Part shown: in pieces, positions 52,043 through 61,860 of the stretch | Position numbering within the stretch: position 1 is the first letter of the stretch | Layout of the letters: every line of letters starts with the position of its first letter | Notes under the pieces: generated by a model | Databases searched by the model: none | Seen by the model: the letters and a program-made list of their open reading frames with translations, nothing else | What the model was told of the DNA's origin: nothing | Made by a program: the position numbers and the translations under genes | Virus record (IMG/VR): IMGVR_UViG_3300027896_005002 | Location: 124,001 to 188,000 of that record | DNA length: 64,000 nt | Reading direction: 5' to 3' (one strand)

Positions 52043-52804
52043 TTATCCATTAATAAATTGAAAAATATATTTGCCAATATTGAGTGAATTATCAACAACA
52101 GTATCATTTGCTCTTGCTCTTGCTTTTTTCACGGCTGCAATCAAAATATCAATCCTCGAAAGGATATCACTTTTTTGTGCAGGTGAAAGTAATCCACTGA
52201 AATTTGTTTGTTTCCAATTACCGACAGGAACATCTTCATTAATAAGTTGAACCTGTGGAGGATGTTTGTCAGTTCCTGGATGTAAAGTAATAGGTTTTGC
52301 AATTTTATTTGTTCTGACCCTTGATGTCGGTTCGGTTTTAAATCGACCTTTTCCGGCTTCGGTATCAGGAAGCCATTTCTTTGCTGGATCCAATGTCGGA
52401 ATAACATCATAAATTTGTGTTCTTAAACTTTCCAATTGATTTTCAAGTTGTACTAATGCCTGAACCGGTACATTCTTAATTGTTAAGTCTTTGCCATCTT
52501 CGCCATTAATATTAATATCACCTTTTGCTTTTGTGTTGGCATCTTCTTTTTGTAAAATGATATCAAACAGTCTGGTCATCGATTTTTCAAAATATGTTAA
52601 TTTGTCGCCCACTGTTGTAATTGGAGTTGGTAATTCCTGTTCAGGAATATCTTTATCTGAATCTGCAAAGGGTTCATATAACTTCGCGTGTGTGCTGAAT
52701 AAGTGTGCCTTTTTTGTAAAAGTTTGATTGGTTTCAGCAATAATTTTACCTGCAGTTCCTCTGACATCTTTTTCTACCGCTACTAGCTCATGTAATTTTC
52801 CCAT
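52043..52804 (-). CDS. conserved hypothetical protein (DUF7873-like from memory)
   Basis: KLHELVAVEK, QKEDAN..AK.D, VP...L..LE.QL, R..K, T.KHP.QV....EDVPVG.W....FSG, RID.LI.AVKKAR.RAN. Confidence 0.7.
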   Translation of the reverse strand: MGKLHELVAVEKDVRGTAGKIIAETNQTFTKKAHLFSTHAKLYEPFADSDKDIPEQELPTPITTVGDKLTYFEKSMTRLFDIILQKEDANTKAKGDININGEDGKDLTIKNVPVQALVQLENQLESLRTQIYDVIPTLDPAKKWLPDTEAGKGRFKTEPTSRVRTNKIAKPITLHPGTDKHPPQVQLINEDVPVGNWKQTNFSGLLSPAQKSDILSRIDILIAAVKKARARANDTVVDNSLNIGKYIFQFING

Positions 52805-53826
52805 AAAACACTCCTGTTAAAATTTTGTTTATATATAATTTTCTGTTGTTGTAGTATTATTAACATGCCTTTTTTACTCCTTAATTTACGATAGTCAGAT
52901 CAATGAAAAAATATATAGCAAATAATATATTAAAATAATCATATTGTCAAAGTTTTATTGAAATTCGGGCTAAAATTACATCGAGAAATTTAATCGGTTT
53001 ACCTTATTACTATACAATCATATTTCTTGTGTAAAATTTTTAATAATCTCCTTATAACTTCGCTATTATTAAATAAAAAAAGAAAGGAAAGGAGGTCACT
53101 ATGAAAATGTTCTTTTTAATCTTATTAAGCATCTGTTTGTGTTACAGCAAAGAACATTATAGGGACACAACTTACATCCATGCGTTTAAGTTTATTGATG
53201 CTTTGGAAAACCAGAATCAACATAACTATAGAGGCTCTGGGTATTATGAGTACAGCTTTCATCCAATAAGTTTGTTTCCGTTGTTTTGCTTGCAGGATAA
53301 AGTTGTAGACAAGTTTATGTCCCAAAATCCTAAAGATGTAATATATTTAACAGATTTAATAAATTTCTATAGAACTATAGAAAAAAGTAGTGTGACATTT
53401 ACACGTTTGTATATTGGTGTCGTGCATTATATACAAATTGGTAGATCATATCCAGTAAAAAAATATTATACATTGTATACGTGCATGTCAACTGATAACA
53501 AATCGTGGTTCATAGATAAAACACCGCTGACGGTGACATTGATTTTGACAGATCGTTTCAAACATTTATATGGGTGTAAATAATATGAAACACATAACAT
53601 TTGCTCTTATGCTACTTTTATTTTGCGCGCCGTTGAATAAGACTTATGTTAATATTAAAGAAACAATTGATGAACAACTCGCAAAAGATAGATATAAAAT
53701 CTATACTGAAAGTGTAGAATCAGTGAGACCAAAATTATTAAATGACAGTATTGTAAAAGTTGATACAATAAAAAGCGTTACAGGCAGCAAATTCTATGTT
53801 TTAACGGTTAAAATGAAAAGTAAATA

Positions 53827-54441
53827 CTAAAGAGTAAGAGATAATTGTTGGGCATTTCTTGCAGATTTGACGGCTCGCAAAAGTTTTAATTGATCACTGG
53901 CGTCAGCAACCTGGCGCCAGTATTTTTTCACAATCTTTTTAAGAGACACCAATTGCTTAGGTGACATCCATGCTCTTTTGATTTGTTCATTTTCCGAAAT
54001 ATTTGGTGCAAATTTTTTCACATTGTGCATGTTTCGTAATAATTGTTCTGATAACGATGACAAATACTCTCCATCACAACCAGAAAAACCAACTTCATTG
54101 TGAACAATTGTCACACCGGCATCTTGCTCAGCGACAGTTTGATGATTAAAAAGTAAAAGTAATGCTTTTTTGGCCCAAAGATCATCTGATGCGAGTTTGC
54201 CACGAACAAATTCTTCGATTTCTTTCTTTTTGATTTCACTTCTGAGTTGAAAAGTTTCTTCACATAAACACATGAATTGATGAGCATCGGTGATGTTTAA
54301 TTCGAAATCATTTGAAGCAAAACTTTTGGTTGTCTCGTCATTGAATTTTGACCTGGGAACAGTTACCACTATTTTGCCATTATTCTGTACTAAGCCAAAG
54401 CTAAGGAATCTCGCTTTTGTTTCTAATTGACTAAAATTCAT
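53827..54441 (-). CDS. conserved phage hypothetical protein
   Basis: ALL.LF..QT..EQ....T..HN.VGFSG.D, SPKQ, KKY..Q. Confidence 0.55.
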   Translation of the reverse strand: MNFSQLETKARFLSFGLVQNNGKIVVTVPRSKFNDETTKSFASNDFELNITDAHQFMCLCEETFQLRSEIKKKEIEEFVRGKLASDDLWAKKALLLLFNHQTVAEQDAGVTIVHNEVGFSGCDGEYLSSLSEQLLRNMHNVKKFAPNISENEQIKRAWMSPKQLVSLKKIVKKYWRQVADASDQLKLLRAVKSARNAQQLSLTL

Positions 54442-55010
54442 ATCAAAACTCCTTGCTGACGTTGTTTTCGTCGAAGACGAAGATCTTTTTTATGTTGAAT
54501 TTTTCGTTGTTCATCTAAGACTAAATCGTCGTTAGTTTTGAAACCTTTATTAAATTGACAACTTTCGCATGGTCCTTCTTCGCTACACCATTTTGGTTTT
54601 GCCAAAATATACATACCAACTTTTTCACATTTATATTCAGGCAACCATCGGCGTTTGCGCATCTTTTACCTCAAATTTTACAAAATTTTCATATTCGTCT
54701 TCAGTCCACTCTCGTTCAATATGTGGTCCTACTAATTTTGCTTGAACAACTTCAACAAATAATTCATGGTTTTCTTGCGTATGCTCAATACCATAACGCT
54801 CCAAATTTCCCCATAAACCATCAACATAATTCTTTAAACGGATGATATAAACGATTTTGTGATTCGGAATGTCGATTAATGATTTCATTACCTTTATTTT
54901 TTGCTGGTCTGTCATATAGATATAATCATGTACTTTTGTTAGAATGTGCCATAAAAACGTAGAAAACATTTATAATTTGTTTATTTTTTCACTATTTTAA
55001 AGGATATTTT

Positions 55011-55373
55011 ATGAAAGTACTTATTGTTGAAGACCAAAAAGACACATCAGAATATTTATCGACATTACTACAGTCGTACGACATTATAGTGCATACATGC
55101 ACTAATTCACTACAGGCTTTAGAATTGGTATGTTCAAACCAATACAATTGGGCTATAATTGATCTTAATTTAGAAGGGTCAATACAAGGTGAAGAATTAA
55201 TTGAAGAATTAAAAAAATACCGACCCGAAATCAAAATGATTGTGTCAACTGGATTATTTCTTTCTAATGATCAAAAAAACAAATTCATTAAACTAGGAGT
55301 CAAAGCAGTTTTAGAAAAACCTTATCAAGAAGATGTCCTAATCAATCTTTTGTTCAACAAATTAATTAACTAA
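55011..55373 (+). CDS. stand-alone CheY-like response regulator receiver
   Basis: KVLIVED, IIDLNL (phospho-Asp), G, VSTG, LEKPY. Confidence 0.9.
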   Translation: MKVLIVEDQKDTSEYLSTLLQSYDIIVHTCTNSLQALELVCSNQYNWAIIDLNLEGSIQGEELIEELKKYRPEIKMIVSTGLFLSNDQKNKFIKLGVKAVLEKPYQEDVLINLLFNKLIN

Positions 55374-55569
55374 GAATTTCAGGTTTAATACTACATTATT
55401 TTATTATGTGCATAAAGATTAAAAACTCAGCGAATCATCTACTTTATTTTTCACTGAGAAACAAATCACAAACTAAAGTTGTTTCATAATATACTTCAGA
55501 TCAACGACATTAAATTAATAATTTATTTATTATTTCATTATTAAGGAACCAATTTAAGGAAAGGATATT

Positions 55570-55827
55570 ATGAAACATTTTTCACAATTACAAATAGAAT
55601 TTGTAAAAAAATCTTATTACAACGCACTATATTTTAATCCTTATGAAACATTTGAATCATTTGTTCGAGGACAACTTTTTTATCATCCTCAAACTCGAAA
55701 CAGAGTTCAATTTCATTCTTTACCTAGCTCCATGCAAAATATGATAAAAAGTCGTTGGGAGCAAAAGCAGCATGATACTGTGCTCCAAAATATTGGCACA
55801 AGAGCCAGACAAAAAACAAATAATTAA
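55570..55827 (+). CDS. hypothetical protein with MKH..lQ.EFvK leader
   Basis: MKHFSQLQIEFVKKS. Confidence 0.6.
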   Translation: MKHFSQLQIEFVKKSYYNALYFNPYETFESFVRGQLFYHPQTRNRVQFHSLPSSMQNMIKSRWEQKQHDTVLQNIGTRARQKTNN

Positions 55828-55830
55828 TCT

Positions 55831-56133
55831 TTAATATCTTCTATCTTTATTGAAGTTCCGTTCTCGCGGCTCTCTGTTGAAGTTACGTTCTCGAGGTTCT
55901 CTTTCTCTTGCTTCGTTGACTACTAGCGGTCTACCATTAAAACTAAAACCATTGCGATCGGCAATTGCTTTCTCTCCATCTGCGACTTCAACAAAACCAA
56001 AACCTCGTGATCTCCCTGTGGCTTTGTCCATAATAACATTTGCAGATGTAGCACCATACGGTTCAAAACATTGTTTAAGTTCATCATCCGTTGTGCTGAA
56101 AGGGATGTTACCGACATAAAGCTTCTTACTCAC
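55831..56133 (-). CDS. RRM (RNP-1) RNA-binding protein (GTG start 56133)
   Basis: KLYVGNIPF (RNP2), RSRGFGFVE (RNP1), LVVNEAR; SD GGAGGG. Confidence 0.9.
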   Translation of the reverse strand: MSKKLYVGNIPFSTTDDELKQCFEPYGATSANVIMDKATGRSRGFGFVEVADGEKAIADRNGFSFNGRPLVVNEAREREPRERNFNREPRERNFNKDRRY

Positions 56134-56229
56134 AAAAACCCTCCTAAAATAAGTGATTAAATCATAAACGTAAACATGATTCTTTATATGCAGAAAAAAA
56201 GTAGAATTTAACAATTTAGCAGAAAAATT

Positions 56230-56712
56230 CTAAAGCTTAGTTTCTTTATAGTTCCTTTTAGTTAGTTTTCTATTTAATTTTTCTTCTAAAGAAGATTTAG
56301 CCTGCTCTAAACTCGGTGATTCATCTATAATAGCTATTTTTGTCGTATTTGGATATCCGATACGACCATAAGCGTTAGCAGCTGCATAAGTACCGTCATC
56401 CTTTTGCATTATCACAAAATAATGAAATTTGTTATTGGGTCCTTCTCGTTTTGTAATATACTTTCTGAAAATAGGATTTCCTGTAGATCCAATAGCTGCT
56501 CTAAGTTTATCTAAAGTATCACTAGATTGAGATCTTGAAGGATCATAAATTTTAAGACCACTAGTTTCAGATCTTTTGGGTGGTTTTCCTGTTACTTTCC
56601 TACGAGACTGTGGATGACGGTGTAAATATGCAATTTGCAAATCATAAGGAACATTCATCCATTGACGAGCTTCTTTAATAAATTCTAATAAAATTGCAGC
56701 TAAATGTTTCAT
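56230..56712 (-). CDS. WGR-domain protein with MKH leader
   Basis: NKFHYFVI, YGRIG, A...LEEKL..KL.K.Y. Confidence 0.7.
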   Translation of the reverse strand: MKHLAAILLEFIKEARQWMNVPYDLQIAYLHRHPQSRRKVTGKPPKRSETSGLKIYDPSRSQSSDTLDKLRAAIGSTGNPIFRKYITKREGPNNKFHYFVIMQKDDGTYAAANAYGRIGYPNTTKIAIIDESPSLEQAKSSLEEKLNRKLTKRNYKETKL

Positions 56713-56884
56713 TCATCTTTCTCCTTATTTCTACCAAAAAACATTCCGCCCCTTTTCCATGGCGGTATAATTTTTCTGATATTTATCAAAACAAGAACAA
56801 GAATTATTGCTATAACAACCATTAAAATCAAATATGACCATAAAAATTCCATTTAATATCCTCAATATTATAGTGTTTTTCATA

Positions 56885-57235
56885 TTAATCTGTATATGTG
56901 TTTGACACTGACCAATCTAATTTTTTATCTTTTAATATTTTTTGTGCATCTTTTAAAGCTTTATTATTAACGAAATGAATGTGCTTTTCATCATCAGGTT
57001 CTCTATAAACGTCATCACCTAATTTATTTTTAAGAACATCAAAATTCTTTTTAAGCTCTGCATAATTAACAAATTCTAACCTATTTTTTGATTTACCTTT
57101 AATAGACTTAACTACTCGATGTTTTGACCTATCAGCATCCGGATGCTTTTTAAGATATAGATTTAGTGCTTCTTGAGATGGAAATAATGCACCTGCTTTA
57201 AAAAATTCTTTCTGGATTTGAGCAATATGCTTCAT
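56885..57235 (-). CDS. hypothetical protein with MKH leader
   Basis: MKHIAQIQKEFFKA...YLKKHP. Confidence 0.65.
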   Translation of the reverse strand: MKHIAQIQKEFFKAGALFPSQEALNLYLKKHPDADRSKHRVVKSIKGKSKNRLEFVNYAELKKNFDVLKNKLGDDVYREPDDEKHIHFVNNKALKDAQKILKDKKLDWSVSNTYTD

Positions 57236-57237
57236 AA

Positions 57238-57603
57238 TTATTCCTTTACAAAAGATTTTTTAATCTCATCAATTATTTCTTCTTCATTGTTGAATGGTTT
57301 TTCGCCTTCTTTTTTCGCTTCTTCCTCCATAGCATCTAGCCTCGTGTAGTATGATGCAGGCAGTTCCATGAGATGATCCATTGAAATTTTTGTTGCTCTA
57401 ATAACGTCTTGCTTACCATGCTCAAACTCTACTTTAATGCCCATCAACAATTGTTTTGGATCGAATTCTCTAGGATGCTTTCCATCTGCAAATCCACCAT
57501 TCATTGGCTCTTCATATTTATCATAAAGCAATTTCAAAAAAGCTTCACGATCACTACGTTTAAACAATGACAACAATTGTTCTTTAGATCTATCAGTAAC
57601 CAT
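57238..57603 (-). CDS. DUF5661-like protein
   Basis: QLLMGIKVEFEH, ISMDHL.E...YYTRL..ME. Confidence 0.7.
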   Translation of the reverse strand: MVTDRSKEQLLSLFKRSDREAFLKLLYDKYEEPMNGGFADGKHPREFDPKQLLMGIKVEFEHGKQDVIRATKISMDHLMELPASYYTRLDAMEEEAKKEGEKPFNNEEEIIDEIKKSFVKE

Positions 57604-57665
57604 ACTACCTCAATTCGTTTTCTAGTCTATTTTCGACAACGGCATAAGAAGATCAACTTTACCCC

Positions 57666-58310
57666 TTAAACATCAAAAAAACCTAAATTAGATGAAAGAA
57701 TGCTAACTAACCTATATCCTCTAAGACTTACACCTTTATAACCATATACAGCATATAAATCAAATTTTTTACCTGTTTTTGCTTCATATTGTTCAATCAT
57801 TATTTTAGCTTTTTGTCCTATTTCAGCTTTATCTGACTCTACTGCTTTTTTATATTCTGCATTTAATTTTTCAAAATCTGGTTTTTGTTTTGGTGAGTCA
57901 GGTCCTTGCACATCTAATTTTTTTACTAAATCATTTAAAAACGCAGTTAATCTTGTATTATATATAGAATGACTGGAATCGGAAAAAATCGCTATTTTTC
58001 TATTTAAATAACTTTCTGCTTCTTTTACAGTAGAAATGTTTTTTACCTCTTTTTGTATTTTTTTCAATTTATCTGTAATATCCCAATCGTGAGACGTTTC
58101 TGATTGTTTATAATGTTGTATTTTTTTGTCTATATTTTCTTTCAAATTTTTAAGTTTAACATTATCAGTTTCAGCTTTTTCTTTACTAGTTAGTCGTCTT
58201 TTTGATTTAGGATGTTTTTTTAAATAAGCTTTTTGAAATTCTATTGACAAGTCTTCCCACTTACGAGCCTCTTTAACAAATTCTATTTGAATCACAGCTA
58301 AATGTTTCAT
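57666..58310 (-). CDS. hypothetical protein with MKH leader (internal start of track ORF 57666..58508)
   Basis: SD AAGGA precedes ATG at 58310; MKHLAVIQIEFVKEARKW...YLKKHPKS. Confidence 0.65.
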   Translation of the reverse strand: MKHLAVIQIEFVKEARKWEDLSIEFQKAYLKKHPKSKRRLTSKEKAETDNVKLKNLKENIDKKIQHYKQSETSHDWDITDKLKKIQKEVKNISTVKEAESYLNRKIAIFSDSSHSIYNTRLTAFLNDLVKKLDVQGPDSPKQKPDFEKLNAEYKKAVESDKAEIGQKAKIMIEQYEAKTGKKFDLYAVYGYKGVSLRGYRLVSILSSNLGFFDV

Positions 58311-58560
58311 TTTACTTTCCTTATCAAATTTAGTAACAACATCTTTCTCCAAATATTCAGCTGGTGTAAAAGGTCCCTTTTTATTTTGTAACATATTGCC
58401 TCGATCGATGCCAGTATTCATTCCTCGACCCGGACCTTGTTTTTTATATGGATCACCGATGCCGTCTTCAGCTAAACTGGGCATAAAAATTTTTTCCTTT
58501 TCCAACAATTTAATATTATCTCTATTTTAGCATATTTATATAATAAAAAGAAAAAGAAAT

Positions 58561-59799
58561 ATGAATATGAATGATAGTACAAAAAAGAAAATAAAAGAAT
58601 CATTGAGATTAACAAAACTAAAACGTCAAACACAACGTTGTAAAAGTGTAGAGCTCAAAATAGATTATTCAAATCTTAACAAACAACAAAAAGAATTTCT
58701 CAAAATGTTTTTTGTTGAAGCTAAATGGTTATATAATTTTATTCTTTCACAAGATAATATTTTTAAACTTGATTACAAAATTTCTACTGTTGTCATTTTA
58801 AAAAACAAATGTCAAGTTAGAAAACAACTACGTTATTTATTAGCTAAAAACAAACAAGATATTTTAAATCTTATTCGACAAAACATTACTGCGCTTTCTA
58901 AATTGAAAAATAAAGGCTGTAAAGTAGGTAAATTAAAATTTAAATCTTCTTATAATTGTATTGGTCTGTCGCAATATGGTCATACACATAAAATAACTGG
59001 TAATAATCGAATAAAAATAAATGGTATTAAAAAACCTATAATAGTATATGGTTTAAATCAAGTAAAAAATAATTATGAAATAGCTAATGCTAAATTAATA
59101 CAGAAAGCATCTGGTTATTATATAAAGTTAGTTTGTTATGAACTTAAATCGCAATCTGAACGGAAAGGAGAAGATATAGGGATTGATTTTGGAATAAAGA
59201 ATAATTTTACATTATCTAATGGTAAAGTAATTAATGTTATATCTATTGAAGAAACAGAACGACTTAAATTGTTACAAAAGAAGATGCAAAGACAGCTTAA
59301 AAGTTCTAACAATAGATACAAAACAAAAACTAAAATTCAAAAAGAATATGAAAAAATAACAAATAGAAAGAATGACGCTGCAAATAAGATTATTAACTAT
59401 TTATTGACAAATTATAATAGAATTTACATACAGGATGAACAATTATCTGATTGGCAAAAAAATTATAAAAAAGTACAATACAATTGTTTAGGTAGAGTTA
59501 AATTTAAATTGAAACGATCAAATAATACTTTTGTAATCAATAAATATTGCGCTTCAACCAAATTATGTTATTGTTGTGGTAAAATAAATAAAATTAATTT
59601 GTCACAAAGAATTTATGAATGTAGTTGTGGGTTAAAAGAAGATAGAGATCTTAAAGCAGCAAAAACTATAAAATATTTAGGACAACAGCAGCAACAGTAT
59701 AATGTACCTATGGACTATAGGGATGTTAAGTTTGTGGAGAATATAACCTCTACGTTAACAATTGGTTCACCATTTGTTAATATAAGTTATATTCAATGA
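58561..59799 (+). mobile_element. tnpB: TnpB (IS200/IS605 OrfB) RNA-guided nuclease gene without tnpA
   Basis: GIDFGIK (RuvC-I), IQDE (RuvC-II region), STKLCYCCG...CSCG zinc finger, DRDLKAA (RuvC-III). Confidence 0.85.
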
Positions 59800-59832
59800 A
59801 GCAAAAAGCTATATTAGCAAGTCATGGATCAC
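59700..59832 (+). ncRNA. putative omegaRNA / right end of TnpB element
   Basis: GTACCTATGGACTATAGGGA..TTAAG..TGTGGAG...ATGAAGCA..AAGC...TCAC resembles the usual tnpB 3' end; boundary TCAC at 59829-59832. Confidence 0.55.
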
Positions 59833-59852
59833 CTACACCATTAGGAACAAAA

Positions 59853-60503
59853 ATGAAAATAAATAAAATTAAATCAGATACATTAGGCGAATTACAATTT
59901 ATTAAATTTTGTACTGTTAACGAAATTTCAATTAAAAAAATAACAGAAAAAAGTAAACGTACTGCTGATTTTATTTTATCGAAAAATTCAATAAATGTAA
60001 TTGCTGAAGTTAAAGATGTTGAAAAGAATAATACTACACTGATATATGCTGGGGAAAAAGCAGGCAAAGTTGTTCGACATAAAATAGATTCATCTTATCA
60101 ACAAATAAAAAATGAATGTGAAAATCTTTATCCTGGAATATTAGTAATTTATACAAACCAACCTTCTTTTGTTAGCTCGATTACAGCTGAAGATGTTTCA
60201 GCTGCAATGTTTGGTTTTCATCAAATTGTATTGGCCAGTAATTATAAAAATAAAATCATACGTAAAATTGGAGAAAAATTTGGACCAGGAAGACGGACAA
60301 CATCAAATCATTGCAAATCATTAAGTGCAATAATAACTTTAGAACAAACTCGAAACAATGATTTTATTAATACTGTTTATCATAATCCATTTGCAAAAAT
60401 ACCATTATGTCTTAATTTTTTTAAAGGACAAGGAATGTATCAATATACTGCAGACAAAGAAAAAATTAAACAAGAATTATTTTCTTCCTGGATTGCTATT
60501 TGA
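59853..60503 (+). CDS. PD-(D/E)XK-like nuclease fold protein
   Basis: TADF...IAEVK; track ORF begins at 59796 within the TnpB end. Confidence 0.5.
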   Translation: MKINKIKSDTLGELQFIKFCTVNEISIKKITEKSKRTADFILSKNSINVIAEVKDVEKNNTTLIYAGEKAGKVVRHKIDSSYQQIKNECENLYPGILVIYTNQPSFVSSITAEDVSAAMFGFHQIVLASNYKNKIIRKIGEKFGPGRRTTSNHCKSLSAIITLEQTRNNDFINTVYHNPFAKIPLCLNFFKGQGMYQYTADKEKIKQELFSSWIAI

Positions 60504-60519
60504 GATGAAAGGCGGGAAA

Positions 60520-61671
60520 TTAACGAAAATCTTTATTCATAACATGCATAAAAATCGTAAGAATATCTATTCTATTTAAATAATTATCACAAATTTTCAC
60601 ACATAAATCAATAATCTTTTCAATCTTCGGACTTTTCTGCAATTTTGAACTCTTATACAAATCATCTAATTTAAGATCAACTTTTCTTGAATATTCTTCA
60701 ACCTCTTCAAACGGCATTGAACCATTTCTAATTTCTTTCAGTTCCTCTGCATCAATGTTTGTTCTATCAACATTTACTTTTCCAGTTTCCATGATTTCAA
60801 GAGCCATGCGACATAAACGAATCAGATGCATTGCATGCTTAGTGTCGTACCCAAATTTTGCTTCTAAATCAGCTCTTTTAACATTTCTTGTTTTCTTCCA
60901 GTCTACAAATCTTTCCCATTCTTTTGAAGCATGATAAAATAAAAGTTCCTTTTCTGCTTCTGCAAGATATTCTTCTTTTATATATGAAGGTCCTAATGCT
61001 CGTAAAGTATTGGCTTGAGATTTAACACCAACCTGTAAATACTCAATAGCCAATTTACGTTTATTTTCAATAATATATTTTGTAAACAATGGCATGATAT
61101 AATCGGAATAAACACCGTCCAATTCAGCTAAAAAATCTTCTTTACTATCTGCAATAAAAAAATCACCTATAGTAGAATATACAATAGCTTTTAATTGAGC
61201 TGTTGGAAAGGTTGATGTCGGTTTCAATCCAAAATCAACTCTTTCAGGTTTTTCTTTTGGTGGATCTAACAAAAATTTCCGATGTGTTTTAATACGTTCT
61301 AATTGTGCGATCGCATACCCTGCAAACGTATATCTACATTTTTTACTAACAAATAAATCTCTATTTTCTCGTAACAGGTCCCAATGTTTGGTTGTTCTGA
61401 TGATGCATCGTTCAGGCATCCAAAGTAAGTCCATCATATTTGGATTGTTGTCCGCGATTAGTGCAACAGCTTTTCTGATATCGTAAATAGTTTTGTCTTC
61501 GTCGGGATAATCAGAAAATTGTTCAAAACGTCTCATACTGTAGAAATATTCTTTTCCTGGAATCATGACACCGGCTTTATCAATGTCAGAAAAAGAATTA
61601 TTTGTGCCGTAGGCTTGTGATCCAACTACAGTTTCAAAAATAGTTCGTTTATCTACATATTTATGATCCAT
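60520..61671 (-). CDS. Pol-beta superfamily nucleotidyltransferase (RlaP/YcgL-like)
   Basis: GSQAYG....SDID, NPNMMDLL, GY...Q, YDTKHAMHLIRL. Confidence 0.85.
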   Translation of the reverse strand: MDHKYVDKRTIFETVVGSQAYGTNNSFSDIDKAGVMIPGKEYFYSMRRFEQFSDYPDEDKTIYDIRKAVALIADNNPNMMDLLWMPERCIIRTTKHWDLLRENRDLFVSKKCRYTFAGYAIAQLERIKTHRKFLLDPPKEKPERVDFGLKPTSTFPTAQLKAIVYSTIGDFFIADSKEDFLAELDGVYSDYIMPLFTKYIIENKRKLAIEYLQVGVKSQANTLRALGPSYIKEEYLAEAEKELLFYHASKEWERFVDWKKTRNVKRADLEAKFGYDTKHAMHLIRLCRMALEIMETGKVNVDRTNIDAEELKEIRNGSMPFEEVEEYSRKVDLKLDDLYKSSKLQKSPKIEKIIDLCVKICDNYLNRIDILTIFMHVMNKDFR

Positions 61672-61860
61672 TTTCTTATTGTCTTTTCTGTTTAAGCATT
61701 TTTAATAATTTTTCAAGTTCAACATTAGCAATATAAAACATTGAAATAGCAACACCACCAAGAGCCATTGATAATGGAGTATTATTCCATTGACTGATAC
61801 CTTGCACACCGCATGCAACACCAACAATCGCATAAAGAAACATTTTTATTGTAATGAAAA

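Noticed and set aside
54583-54592. Target of the TnpB guide (CTACACCATT)
   Set aside because: Only a 10-nt match in an AT-rich window; not significant without a TAM
57666-58508. 280-aa ORF as called in the track
   Set aside because: An internal SD+ATG at 58310 gives the shared MKH leader; the upstream extension may be a separate or disrupted segment next to the TnpB insertion
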